From positions 10,599,883 through 10,663,882 of the forward strand of contig NC_083450.1 in the NCBI RefSeq assembly GCF_020745735.1: DNA of 64,000 nt, read 5' to 3'. The notes beneath the pieces are model-generated. The model ran no database searches. It saw only the letters and a program-made list of their open reading frames with translations, and was not told the origin of the DNA. Source of the stretch: Hemiscyllium ocellatum. Lineage: Eukaryota. Both the position numbers and the translations under genes were made by a program. Shown here piece by piece: positions 13,996 through 26,460 of the stretch (the stretch's first letter is position 1; the number at the start of each line of letters is the position of its first letter).

Positions 13996-14487
13996 TGGCA
14001 ATACTGGAGTCATGGGAAAACAAGGAAGAAGATAAGCATAGTGCAACACGCCACATGTCCCAAAACATGCAGTCGTTGTATCGCAAAGTGTCAGTAACAA
14101 CAATTGTAACATCTCAGAAGCCTTGCAGAAATTACTATGATAACTTAAGCAGCACTCTACACACTAACAAGCTCTTCCATTTCGTAGGAGATCACTACCA
14201 GAAAGAACCATCATTTTCCACACCCAACTACTCCCACAGCAAGTAATGAACCATCGTCATTGGGAAAATACCCTTTTTGATTCAGTACCATTGAATCAAA
14301 ATCCTGGTATTCTCTCCCTAACAGCACCTTCGGTATAGCTGTTTCAATATTCTGCAGTGATTGGAAATGGCAGCTTAACTTCATATTCTCATTAGTGAAT
14401 AGGGATGAATGCATGATGAAAGTTGGTAATATATAGATACCTACACCCCATGCATGATTTATGAAAACTGCCAACGTGTTTGGAAGC

Positions 14488-14619
14488 NNNNNNNNNNNNN
14501 NNNNNNNNNNNNNNNNNNNNNNNNNNNNNNNNNNNNNNNNNNNNNNNNNNNNNNNNNNNNNNNNNNNNNNNNNNNNNNNNNNNNNNNNNNNNNNNNNNNN
14601 NNNNNNNNNNNNNNNNNNN
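14488..14619. other. Assembly gap (132 N)
   Basis: Run of n bases. Confidence 1.
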
Positions 14620-14789
14620 AAGACCTAAAGACAGAAGATTGTAAGCTTTTGAGGAGCACTCCAGATACAGTCGGGAATGAGGAAAACATAGTTGGATTAC
14701 ACAATCCTGAGGTAAAATGGAAATATTTGGAACGGGGTAAATACATGTAATAAATCAAATTAGGGGTTTCTGAAAGATTACTCTTTCGC

Positions 14790-15154
14790 AGTGGAGATAC
14801 AGAGACTCTTGGCTGGTGTATTGATGACTCGGTCCAGGATTTCATGATTACGTTTGCGAGACTCCTGAGGGGGTGAAGTTGTGGTTCACATTGGGACTAA
14901 CGACATAGTTGGGAAAAGTGATCGGTGTTTAGGGCAGAAATTCAGGTAGTAGGGTGGAAAAGTAGTGCCAGAACCAGTGTTGCTATCTCTGGTTTGTTCC
15001 TTTTGAAGCGTGCTCGTGACCCGAGAAACAGGAAGAGAGAGAAGTTGAACATGTGGCTACAGGGATGAGGCAACAGAGAGGGTTTAGGATACCTGGGTAA
15101 TTGGGGCTCATTATATAGTAGGTGGGATCTTTCCAAGCGGGATGGCCTACATCT
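14790..15154 (+). mobile_element. CR1 LINE ORF1 (SGNH/esterase-like) segment, left of the ERV
   Basis: VVVHIGTNDI motif. Ends in DGLH-like cgggatggcctacatct, which continues at 23651. Confidence 0.8.
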
Positions 15155-15766
15155 TGACGGACTTTAGGCTCACTCTACAAACTTATTATCTTTTATGTGT
15201 GAGCCAAGTCCTGCATGCTCTTTAAATAAAGCAATAGGAAAAAATATCTAATCTTACACTTTTAGTTTTATTCTAGCAATAAGTGGATAAAGTATACAGA
15301 GCTCTGGGTCTAAACCTTTCTGTCTTTGACAAACTACTCAGTCAGTCAGTTCAGAAAGAACAAAAGACGTATATCTGTCCCTGACACAGTCTTTTATACC
15401 ATAGAAAACATTATACCATCACTCAAGTGAAATTGTCTTCTAATTGGCTGTTGCTCCGACTCCATTCCCCGCCTCCTCGCATTTCCGGCTGTCCGACCTC
15501 ACGTGACCTTCCCTTTTCGGAGACAAAGGACCACCATGCGGCATACTTTCGAGCGCGAAAGGGCAGTCTTGCCCATTTCCGGGGCGCAAAACGACCTCCC
15601 GGAGGGCGAAACAGTGAGATCACGTCACCGCGCCCGTGTCTCGGAGCATCACGTGATCACCCTCTGCGCGCGCACCAGAGGACCACGTGACCTCCGAGCG
15701 TCGAGGACAAGCCTCTCAGACTCGACAATTTAGTTTCCAGGTAAGTTTTATATATATATATTTACA
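15155..15766 (-). repeat. ERV 3' LTR (612 bp)
   Basis: About 95% identical to 23024-23646 by manual comparison. Minus-strand CCAAT (about 15445), TATAAAA (about 15395) and AATAAA (about 15270). PPT aaaatgggaat abuts at 15767-15777. Confidence 0.97.
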
Positions 15767-15866
15767 ATTCCCATTTTGGTCTCATGAAAATGAGACCAAC
15801 AAACCAGTTTTACGCATCTCATTCACTCTCCGACGCATAGTCCTCCCCTCTTGCCATTGCCATGGT

Positions 15867-17824
15867 TTACGCCGCTATTTGTGACATCTGATAGGGCGGT
15901 GGAGCCTTCCTTTCAATTGCTGTAATAATTACCCTGTTCAACAAAGTTCTGATACAGGGGATACAACAACATCCACACAACACGAACACAATGGTCATAC
16001 CAGCGAGGGACATCAACACAGACACAATTAAGCCTTTCCATTTCCCTACCCACGAATCAAAAATGCCTCCTAGAGGGTTGTCAATACCTAAATGGTCATG
16101 CATTTCTTCAGACAAGTTTCTTAATCCTTCCAGGGCTCTGGTTACCGAGCCATCAGGTGCTGTATTGTTGGGGATGAACGTACAACATTGATCTCCAAAC
16201 ATAGAGCACACTCACCCCTTTTTTGCCAACAAAATATCTAAGGCCATTCTATTTTGTACTTTCATCAATGAGGTTCCTGCCAATTGTTCAGAGAGCCCGC
16301 CACGGCGTCTCTAGTTCTATTGGCTAGCCTGAGTACATTGTAATGTACATAATTAATTTGGTCAACGTTGTTATTCGGCGTAATTGGGAATAGATCACTA
16401 ACAATTGGGAGATTCTCAAATCCTGTTGCTACCTGATCTACCAACTTATATTCATTAGGTACGCCGCGGGGTACCCCTATTGCATCTATATATGTGGTTG
16501 AGCCAGAGGTAATGTCAAACAGATACCTGCATACTCGTTCATGCTGATTTATTTCCTGTTGTCGTTCTCCTATGAGTGTTAAGGGTACCCCTAGCCTGAC
16601 CATTGCACAGGTTCCAGACCAATCCGGAGGTAAACTAATCTTTAGTGTTCTATCTCCACAGTACCAAAAAAGATCAGCTCTGGCCCAAACCATTGTGCTA
16701 GCATTCCGCCAGCCGGTTACATCAATTGTGTTCTGGCATCAGTCAGCGAGGATGTGTCCCATGACTGTATTAGATCTTCGAACAAAACAAGTATAATTGT
16801 TGGCCCTTGGGGTAAACACTGAAGGTAACGTAGAGTTCTTGACAAGTGGAAAAATAGCACTTAAGGCGGTACAATTTGGAGGGTCCGCCTGCATGGTGAG
16901 AGCCATCATGCAGTGAAATCATACTGGGTCTACATTCGGGAACAATGGGGCTGGGGTAGTAAATAACGTTGGCCTAGCCAAAGAACACGCGACGCAATCA
17001 CTCATATTAATTGAGATTGCAGTCGCTGTTATCCAGTCCAGACATACATTCCTATCCCATATCCGGTAGCTAATTTAATAATGTCCCTTCTCGTGAGGTT
17101 GTAATAATCTACTGTCACCACTCCTGAACTTGATTCGGCCACCACGCTTGTTTTATTTTCAATCTGTGGCTGGTTCGTAGGAGGATCCACCAAGGTTACC
17201 TGCACTAGTCTCATGTTCTCTACTCCTGATTGATCTACCCCTATTATAAAATAAAAACTGCTATCATCAATTTCACAGTAAAACTGTACCTCTTTGGGAC
17301 TAGGGTTGGCGTCGAACCTTGTCAGGGTTAACAAGAGTGGATTTTTTAACTCTGAGGAATGATCGAGTTGTCCCTTTGTCAAGCTCACACGGTCTCTAAC
17401 CTCCCATCTATTATCTGAGGGTGACGACTTCTTAGGTGTCCAATATTCCCCAGTCCATGTTAATACATCATCCCACGAAGGGCATGGATGAGAATTAATG
17501 GCGTAGATGCAAAGATATACATCATACCCCCTCCAGCTCCCTGTATCTTGGCCATAGTTAATTTACTTGGCATAAGTCAAACTGGTATATTGCATCACGC
17601 TTTTTATCATGTCTGATGTGTATCGGGCTCCCTGCTTCCCTTCAACATTTGTCCCTCTCTTGTCCTATTGATCTCTTATTCCTGGGACTCCCTACCCTGT
17701 GTGTGTGTTCATCCCTTGCGGTTAATCCCCTTATTAATAGTATCATAACACTTATACATAACATAGTGAAAACTCCCAAGCTTAGCAGCTTAGAATAACG
17801 CGGGCTGATTACTAAAATAAACAT
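15867..17824 (-). pseudogene. env: ERV env, disrupted by stops and frameshifts
   Basis: SU with FDLCQV and the CVAC (CXXC) motif. TM subunit with YIDAIGVPRGVP, CSMFGDQCC (CX6CC) and a hydrophobic anchor LIVSVLMSLAGMTIVFVLCGCCC. Confidence 0.93.
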
Positions 17825-17832
17825 AATATTTG

Positions 17833-20670
17833 TTATATAACAATTAAAAGTTTAAGATCCTTCCACTCTTTTTCTGTTCTTATTCGTTCTAGGGTTCTCG
17901 TTGGCGGTTCTGTGGCCGCACACTGGCTCCAATGATACCAAGTGTCTCCCTTCCCTTGTAGTCGAACCGCATGAGATGTCCTTTCCACCACCTTGTAAGG
18001 TCCTGTCCACGTGGCTCCGACCATTTCCGTTTGATCACCTTCAGCAGGACCCACTCTATGGTGGATGGCGCCTGGTTCTGTAGGTCCCCCTTTTCCGATC
18101 CAACCTGTTTAGAGAAAGCTGAGAACAAAGCTGTTAGTTGATCATAAGAAGGTTTTTACCTTATTGAGACTCCTCCCTCTAACATCTGTATTCCAGTCCC
18201 TGGTCCCGGAAACTGCTGCCCTGTTGTTAGCTCGTACGGGGTAAACCCTGTAATAGAGTTTACTGACCTTATAATAGACATTAAGGCTAAACGTAGGGCA
18301 TCCACCCAGCTTAACTTCGTTTGTGCACACACTTTTCCTATTTCCCTTTATGGACTGGTTCATTCTCTCCACTTTTCCCTGTAACTGAGGATGGTACACT
18401 GTTCCAAACGCATGTTTCAGTCCTAAAGCTGCTTCTACGTCTTGCCGGTCTTTATTCTTAAAATGTGTGCCATTATCTGACCTGACTTTCTTTGGAAACG
18501 CATGCGTTGGAATATATTGGTTTATCAAAAATTTGATCACTGTTTTCGCATCTTCCTTTTTCGCAGGTATCACTTCTGGCCAACCAGTGTATTCATCCAC
18601 TGGTACCAAAAGGTACCTACATCCGTTTACTCTCTCTACCCTGTCAGTGTAGTCAATCACTATTTCCTGACCTGGCATTCTTGGGGGGAGGAAATTTTCC
18701 CTCTTGTGGTTTCACTGTTGCTTTTACATTATATTCTGAACACGTTTTACTTTCTCTGATATAATTTTCACTCATTGCCTGTAGTTCAGCCAATTGGGCT
18801 GATTCTTTGCTGCCATCTATTGGGTCAAGGGTAACACTTACATACATCAGCACCTGCCTGCCTCCCCCCTTTTTCTGAAAAAGAACACTATTTATTGTGT
18901 GTTCTTTTTCAGAAATATCGAGGAAAAATGGCTCTTTGTAATCCGGGACCGCTAAATCAGCAGCCCACGTTAGGGCCTGTTTAAGATATATAAAACTGTC
19001 GTCTGCCTCCGTGGTCCATTGCAAATGGGCAAACAAATTTCTCATGCCTTGCTCACTTACCATGGCCCTTAGAGGGAAAGTAAGCTCCCTATATGAGGGA
19101 ACAAATTGTCTTCTGTATCCTGCCAATCCTAGACAATGAGAGCATGTCTTTTACAGTGACTGGTTTGGCATGATGTAGAATGGAGGATCTATGTGATGGA
19201 GACACACCTGTTCCCTTACTGGAAATAACTCTGCCAAAAAAAGACACCGTTCGTCTGCAGCATTGTAATTTAGCCCATGAAACTTTGAAACCGACGTTAT
19301 ACAAGAGTAACAGCAATGAGTTTGTAGCTGCCAAATTAAACACCCCAGGTGACAAAATGAACCCTTGATGGACCCTTGTATAACGAAGTTGTTGGCCTTT
19401 ATAGGTAAACGAAAAATGTCCCTGAAATGATCAGCTAGGGGCAAACAGAAGGACGCGTTAGCCAGATCAATGCACGAGAATCACTTGTGGTCAGGGGTCA
19501 GCACAGACATCGCAGTGTAGGGGTTTGGGACCGAAATTGTTGGAGTAGAAACGACACTGTTGATCCGTCTAAGATCATGCGCCATCCTATATTTGCCTGT
19601 ATTCTGCTTCTCTACAGGTAAGATAGGAGTGTTCCAGGCTGACTGAGAGGGTTCTAGCACCCCTGCTGCTACCAATCCTTCAATTGTGTCGGCGATGCCG
19701 GCTTCAGCCTCTGGTTTGTGTCGGTATTGTCTCTGCCAAATCGGAGTGTAGTCTATTACCTCGAATGTGATTGTTGCGACGTGTTTGCAGTAACCAACGT
19801 CCGTCGAACCTGCTGACCACAAGGCACCCGGTAATGTATGAAGCACCGCTGCAGCCTGTGGATGGTCCGTCTTTTCCCTGCCATGACACCTTTCAATCTG
19901 CCTATGTTCCAGCAACACCTTGTCAGTTGTTCTGTGCACAAGACAATAAGCTTCAACTGAGGGTGAATATTGCAAACCGGGTAGTTGAGTCCAAACCCAA
20001 TCAGTTAGCTCTATCAAGCGTTTGGACATGAGTCCCAGATCTTTGGCCTGATATTCAGCATGCACTGCCAATGTGAAATGCGGTATAGCTTCTTCAGATA
20101 TCTCATACCATTCCAACTGTTCCAGAATTAGTTCCACAACACCCACCACACCTTCCAGGTGTTGATAGAATGCATGCGGATAGATTTTATTGTCATCTGT
20201 TGTAATATAGGGTCACATGAAGGGGATCTGCAGGAGGAGCATAGGGATGCAGCATCTGACCCCAGGGTCGCCCTTGGTTATATATAGATTGTATGCCGTT
20301 ATTCTGCCCTTTCTCAGGTTCAAGGAGTCCCCAGGATATATCTGCCCACTGCCCTTCTGCCATTGATTTTTAGATTAGATTAGATTTACAGTGATGTGTC
20401 TGGTGATAATATCACTTGGGGTCCAGAGTGAATCATTGACATAGAACAATTAACAAAATAGACAATTGGAAAGGTCACTACGAGTCCGTCAGGTCCGCAC
20501 AGAACCGGGACCCCGCATCTCACCAGCAAGTCACGCCCCATCAAATTCACAGGGCATGCAGGTGATGAAATATATTGGTGATAAAAAGTCTGCCCGGCCA
20601 CTGATGTGATCAGTGGCGATGTCAAAGGCAGATTAGCACACTGATTTAAGGGGACATAGTGTCCTCGAAT
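17833..20670 (-). pseudogene. pol: ERV pro-pol with internal deletions
   Basis: Protease C-half NLMGRDLL, RT WNTPILPV..YRMAHDLR, integrase IDYTD..SDNGTHF..GKVERMN and WTGPYKV. No DTG or YxDD motif is visible and most of RNase H is missing. Confidence 0.93.
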
Positions 20671-22200
20671 CAATCCGTGGCGTCCTTGGGAGCCTCATAG
20701 CAGGGGACAATTTTCTTCTCCAATGCCCAGGTTGGCCACATTCAAAACAAGTGTCCGGTGGCTAACCTCTGACTCCTCCACGGCCCCTTCCTCTACCACT
20801 CATTCCTCCTGGAACACCTCTTGGCCTGCCCTCCTAAAAGGGGGTAGTATGGCATCGAATCAGGTGCCGGGTCTCGACTCTGCCGGTTATTTTGTGGCAA
20901 CGGCTGCTGCACCATCTGATTAGTCGTCTTTTGGGAGGTCTTCTTTGTCTCATTAACCTTCCGTCTAGCCTCATCAAGCTGTAACTTCAGCAACTGCACT
21001 TGTGCTGACCCATTGCTCTGTTTACCTTCATTCTCTTTTGTTCTATATCGCTTCATATGATGCATCAAATGTTTTTCCCACTGTTCTGTAGAATACCCTG
21101 TGATATCAGGATTACTCTCCCGTACCTCTTTTACTTCCTTAGGCATCCCTGCCATAACGGCATTTCTAAACTACGTGGTCTGTAGCTGACCTGACCCTGG
21201 CTGGCTCCCCGCAGTATCTGTCCACGTTCCTTTACATCTAGCCAAAAAGGCAAGCATCTTCTCGCCCTCCTTCATTGTGAAGGTGAGCGGGTGCATCGCT
21301 CCCGGTGGAATCGGGAATCTATCCCTCATAGCCCTTCCCACACAGTAGACATGCTGCGCAAACGGGTCCGAGTCAGGTACTAAGGTGGTCCCCGCAGACA
21401 CTTCAATCTGCTGTACCTCCCACATACTCAATTGTTTGCCCACGAATGCTCTCCAATCACCCATGGCCAACTTGAAGCCTAGTGTGTGTTGGCAAAATTT
21501 AGTCATCCAGGGTCCACCTCCCTCCATGGGTGGGGACATTTTATCCAAAATACAATTCATATCCGTATAGGTAAAGGGCTGATACACATCCCTCATAAAA
21601 GAGCCTTTATAATCTAGAGGCAGTTGGTGCTGATATTTTATGGGCAGCCACAATATCTCCCTCCGTCACAAATCATAACTGTTTTCAACCGGAGGCTGTA
21701 CCCCTGATGAGCCCTGTTCAGTATGCATGGTAAGTGAGCCTTTTAAAATGACAGGGTACGTGTTTGGACCGCCCCCTGGGCTGGACTCCTCGTCTTCACT
21801 ATCTGTGCTACTCCTTGACTCCTCCTCTCTTCTTTCTCTTCGGCTTCTTTTGTCCATTTTCTTCCAACCAGTATTGACCCTTTGTTTCCCTTCACATGCT
21901 CTTCTACTTCTCATCTAACCTACTCTTCTGCTTTTCCGAAAGACGGTGACAATTTCTTCCTCTCCTCTTCTTCAGGGACTTTGTCCTGCTTTTATAAATC
22001 TTCCCATCTTTCTGCAGCACTGTTTTTTGTTTGTTCTTTGCAAGCCCACTAATTAACTGACTTCTAACTTTACCCCACTGCTGTTTTACAGACAACACTA
22101 AATCAGAAGAACATCCTCCGTTTTCTTCACACTCTTTATCAAATTCCCTATCATTTTATGTATTTCTGCTTTTTTAAAAAAATCCTCCTGTCCAATAACC
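20670..22200 (-). pseudogene. gag: ERV gag, frameshifted
   Basis: CA-like YQPFTYTDMNCILDKMSPPMEGGGPW and zinc knuckle CFECGQPGHWRR at about 20710-20755. The 5' boundary is approximate. Confidence 0.85.
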
Positions 22201-22470
22201 AATCGGTTTATATTTAATTTAGCCAAGCACCCAACCCAATTAAAACAAATCTGGTTGCGAATCAATCTCTATAAAATACACCCAAACAACTTACTCTTAC
22301 AGTTAAAGTTATCAGCAGTTTCGTTATTACCTTAAAGTTTCTACTGCTACTCTTTCTTACTGAGACACCACCGTCTTTGTCTCAGAGACATCACTGGCTT
22401 TTCTACTACCCTCCATACATTCCCAATGTAATTTTAAAACTTACAACACATCAATTATCAACCAAAAATC

Positions 22471-22800
22471 GTGAGCGGTGCTTTTATGAGATCCTGCTCA
22501 AAGGACCTTAAACCTTCTCACACATACGTACCTTGGTGCTTTTATGAGGACTCTAACCCCATGGGACTTTAAACCCGTACGTATCTAACCAACACTTGTG
22601 AGCGGTGCTGTTATGAGATCCTGCTCAAATGACTTTAAACTTTCTCACACATACGTACATTGGTGCTTGTATGAGGCCTCTAACCCCAGGGGACTTTAAA
22701 CCTGTACGTATTTAACCAATCCTTCTTACATTTACGTACCTTGTTGCTTTTATGAGGACTCTAACCCCATGGGACTTTGAACCCGTACGTATTAAATCAA
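22471..22800. repeat. Tandem repeat of about 127-bp units (2.5 copies) in the ERV leader
   Basis: gtgagcggtg recurs at 22471 and 22598, and a third partial copy runs from about 22727 to 22800. Confidence 0.9.
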
Positions 22801-23003
22801 TACTTTATCCACTTACAATTATTAGGACACTTGCAGTCCAGTGACAACAATCAATTTAGTATCTCCAATCGCAGAACTTCGATATAAACAGGTGTCTGCT
22901 CACCTTTTGTTTTTGCGGCGCTGCTTGTTGTCGTCACCAGACGTCAGTGTCCGTTGTTTCTATTTTTCTCGCGTTAACATCGCTCAGTCTGGATCACGTC
23001 GGC

Positions 23004-23021
23004 ATCACGTCAGGCTCACCA
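23004..23021 (-). promoter_or_regulatory. ERV primer-binding site, tRNA-Trp-like
   Basis: Minus strand TGGTGAGCCTGACGTGAT lies 2 nt after the 5' LTR and matches the vertebrate tRNA-Trp PBS TGGTGACCCCGACGTGAT at 16/18. Confidence 0.85.
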
Positions 23022-23023
23022 TC

Positions 23024-23646
23024 TGACGGACTTTAGGCTCACTCTACAAACTTATTATCTTTTATGTGTGAGCCAAGTCCTGTGTGCTCTTTAAACAAAG
23101 CAAGAGGAAAAAATATGTAATCTGATACTTTTAGTTTTATTCTAGCAGTAAGTGGATAAACTATACAGAGCTCTGGGTCTAAACCTTTCTGTCTTTGACA
23201 AACTACTCAGTCAGTCAGTTCAGAAAGAACAAAAGACGTATATCTGTCCCTGACACAGTCTTTTATACCATAGAAAACATCATACCATCACTCAAGTGAA
23301 ATTGTCTTCTAATTGGCTGTTGCTCCGACTCCATTCCCCGCCTCCTCGCATTTCCGGCTGTCCGCCCTCACGTGACCTTCCCTTTTCGGAGACAAAGGAC
23401 CACCATGCGGCCTCCTTTCGAGCGCGAAACGGCAGTCTTGCCCACTTCCGGGGCGCGAAACGGCCGATCACGTGACCCCCAGAGCTCGAAACAGGGTGAC
23501 CACGTCACCGCGCCCGTGTCTCGGAGCATCACGTAATCATCCTCTGCGCGCGCATCAGAGGACCACGTGACCTCCGAGCGCCAAGGACACGCCCCTCAGA
23601 CTCGACAATTTAGTTTCCAGGTAAGTTTTTTATATATATATTTACA
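23024..23646 (-). repeat. ERV 5' LTR (623 bp)
   Basis: Direct repeat of 15155-15766 with a CpG-rich U3 carrying CACGTG boxes. Confidence 0.97.
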
Positions 23647-26460
23647 ATCTGTACCAGAGGTGTAACAATATCCAGTGTGGAAATTTGTTAATGCTTTTTG
23701 GGGGTGTTTAAGCTAATTCAACGGTGGAACAGACATCTAAGTTGTCGTTTCAGTGTCCAGAAGGTTGCAATTAGTGAGGTCAAAAATGCGATTTCAAGAT
23801 CACTAGACATCACCAGCAAGCAGGATGCTGATTTGAAGTGCATCACTTTAACGAGAGGAGCATCAGGAATAACATGTTAAAACTTGCTGGATAGTTTGGC
23901 ATCTCGGATTTCGATGCTGTGGCCATTTAGTAGACATGAATAGATCAGGGACAGGAATGGTTATTGCAGATTCCGGTGATTTGATGTTTCACTAAGAACA
24001 GAGAAGGTAGTAAAAGAGTGGGAAGTGTGGCATTGTTAGTCAAATGCAATATTAGGGTGGTCAAAATGACATCTGAGGATTTGTCTACTGGGCTGCGAAA
24101 TATGAAAGGAGAGGTCATCCTATTGGGTGTTTTCTATGGGCCTCCATATAGCATTAGAGCTGTAGAGAGCGGTATGATGGCTCAGTGGTTCACATTGCTG
24201 TCTCATAGCACCCGCGTCCCAGGCTCGATTCTATCCTCGCGAGTGAGGATAGCTGTTATGAGGACTTCAATTTTTCAACTATTGAGTGCAAATACTGTAT
24301 TTTGATTACTTTATATGGTTCAAAGTGCAAAGGCGGCTTTGCTGATACAGTTTGTAGATATACCAACAAGGAGTGAGGCTTCCTGAACAGCTGTGCTCTT
24401 TCATCACCATGCTAATCCAGAATCTGGTTTCCAGCATCTGCAGTCATTGTTTTTACCACATTGGATTTGGTACTGAGTAACGTACCCGAACATTTGTTAG
24501 ATATGGAGTTAGGTGAGCACTTCGGTAACAGTGACCACAGTTTATAATATTTACTTTAGCGATAAAAAGGGATAGGCATGAAACCATCAGGGAAGAATTA
24601 TAACTGCGGGGAAGGCAATTATGGTGAAATTAGGAGAAATTTAATTCGCATAGGATGGCGAAGGAAACTGGTGCAATTGAAATAGGGAGCTCATTCAAAG
24701 AACAGCTACGGCCTGTCCTTGATTAGTATGCATCTATCAGTGAGGGAAGACGTGGTCCTTTTGGGAAACCGTGGATTATTAAGGAAGTTGAATACCTTGT
24801 CAAGAAAAAGAAGGTTGATGTCAGGATGAGATATAAAGTTTCAGATAGGTCGCTTGGGAATTATGAGCTAGCCAGGAAACACCGAAAGTGAGAACAAAGA
24901 AGAAACAGTAACCGACAAGAGAATTCATTGGCAGATAGGATCAAACAAAACATGAAAGCTTTCCATAGTTATATCAGGAATAAAAGACTGACTAGATTAA
25001 GATAATGGCCACCCAAGAAAAATAGTGGGAGGTTGCGTATGGATTCTGAGGAGAAAGGAGAAGCGATGAGTAAATATCTTTCTTCGTTATTCACACTGGA
25101 AAAACACAACGTTGTCGAGGAGAATACAGAGATACAGGCAAGTAGACTATAGCAGATTAGGTTATTCTGGAAAGTGTGAAAACAGATAAATCCCCTTGAC
25201 TGGATGGGACTTCTTTGATTCTCTGGGATGGCAAGGAGGAGATTGCAGAGATTTTGGATTTGATATTTATGTCATCATTGCTTGCAAGAATTGTGCCAGA
25301 AGACTGGAGGATCACAAATGTTGAAATCTTGTACAAGAAGGGGAGTAGGGACAATTCGAGTAATTATGGACCATTAAGCATAACTTTGGTTGTGGGTGAA
25401 ATCTTCAAAAAACATTATAACGGATAGGAGTTATAATCATCTGGAAAGGACTAAGTTATTTAGGGATAGTCAACACGGTTTTATAAAAGGTAGGTCGTGC
25501 CTCACAAACTGTATTGAGTTCTTTGAGGCGGTGCACAATCAGTTGGATGATGGTAAAGTGGTTGGTGTGGTGTGTATGATTTTCAGGAAGGCGTTTGATA
25601 AGGTTTCCCACAGGAGAAAATTGAAAAATAATTGGAGGCATGGGGTTGAGAGTAATTTGTGTTAGACTGATTCATGCAGGAAAATAATGTCAAATATTAA
25701 AGGGATTATCTAGATGTGCCAAATGTGATGCACCTTGTTAGGGAGAATACATGTGTCGATTACTTTCTCAGTGGGGAAAGGCTTCAGAAATCTGAAATAC
25801 TAAGAAACATTGAAGTAATAGTTCAGTATTCTTTTCAAGTTAATACTCAGAATCAGTTGGCAGTTATCATGCAAAGTTATAATTAATTTTATAAAGGCAA
25901 GATAACAAAAGAAGAGTTATACTGCTGAGGATGAAAAAGTCTCTGGGCAGGTCATATTTGGAAAATTATAAGCAGTTTCAGCCCATTTAATAGTGTTGGA
26001 GCTGATCCGGGCTTGATCTTCAGGAATTATCCCAGGAGTGAAGGGTTTGTCATACGAGCAGTGATTGTTGTCTCTGGGTTTGTATAGGATGGAGTTTAGA
26101 AGAATGGTGGGGAAATGTGTTGTAATCTGATTGAAATTTACAGAATACTGAGAGGTCTCGATAGAATGGATAGATAGAACATATTTCCACAGGCAAGAGA
26201 GATTCAACCCGACAGCGCAGCCTCTGAGTAAACTGATGACCCCTTAAAACTGAGATGAGGGGGAGTCTTGTCAGATGCATGGTGATTAATTGCTGCATAT
26301 ACTACTGAGGTGAAGTCGTTGAGTGTATGTAATACATAAAAAGTGGATTCTTGATAGATACAGCTATCAGTGGTGTCACACAGCAGGCAGAAGACTGAGG
26401 TGAAGCAATATTTCAGCCATGAATGAAAGCCAGAGCAGGCTCGATTGACAGAATGGCCTA
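23647..26460 (+). mobile_element. CR1 LINE remainder, right of the ERV (ORF1 end, ORF2, 3' end); decayed, possibly composite
   Basis: Continues the ORF1 split by the ERV. Peptides ILLGVFYGPP, PEDWRITNV..KKGSRDN and QHGFIKGRSCLTN. Confidence 0.85.

Larger units (their letters stand above)
15155..23646 (-). mobile_element. Defective endogenous retrovirus (epsilon-like fish/shark lineage), 8492 bp
   Basis: Two LTRs with TG..CA ends, 4-bp TSD ATCT (15151-15154 and 23647-23650), PBS, PPT, and gag-pro-pol-env order on the minus strand. Confidence 0.97.
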
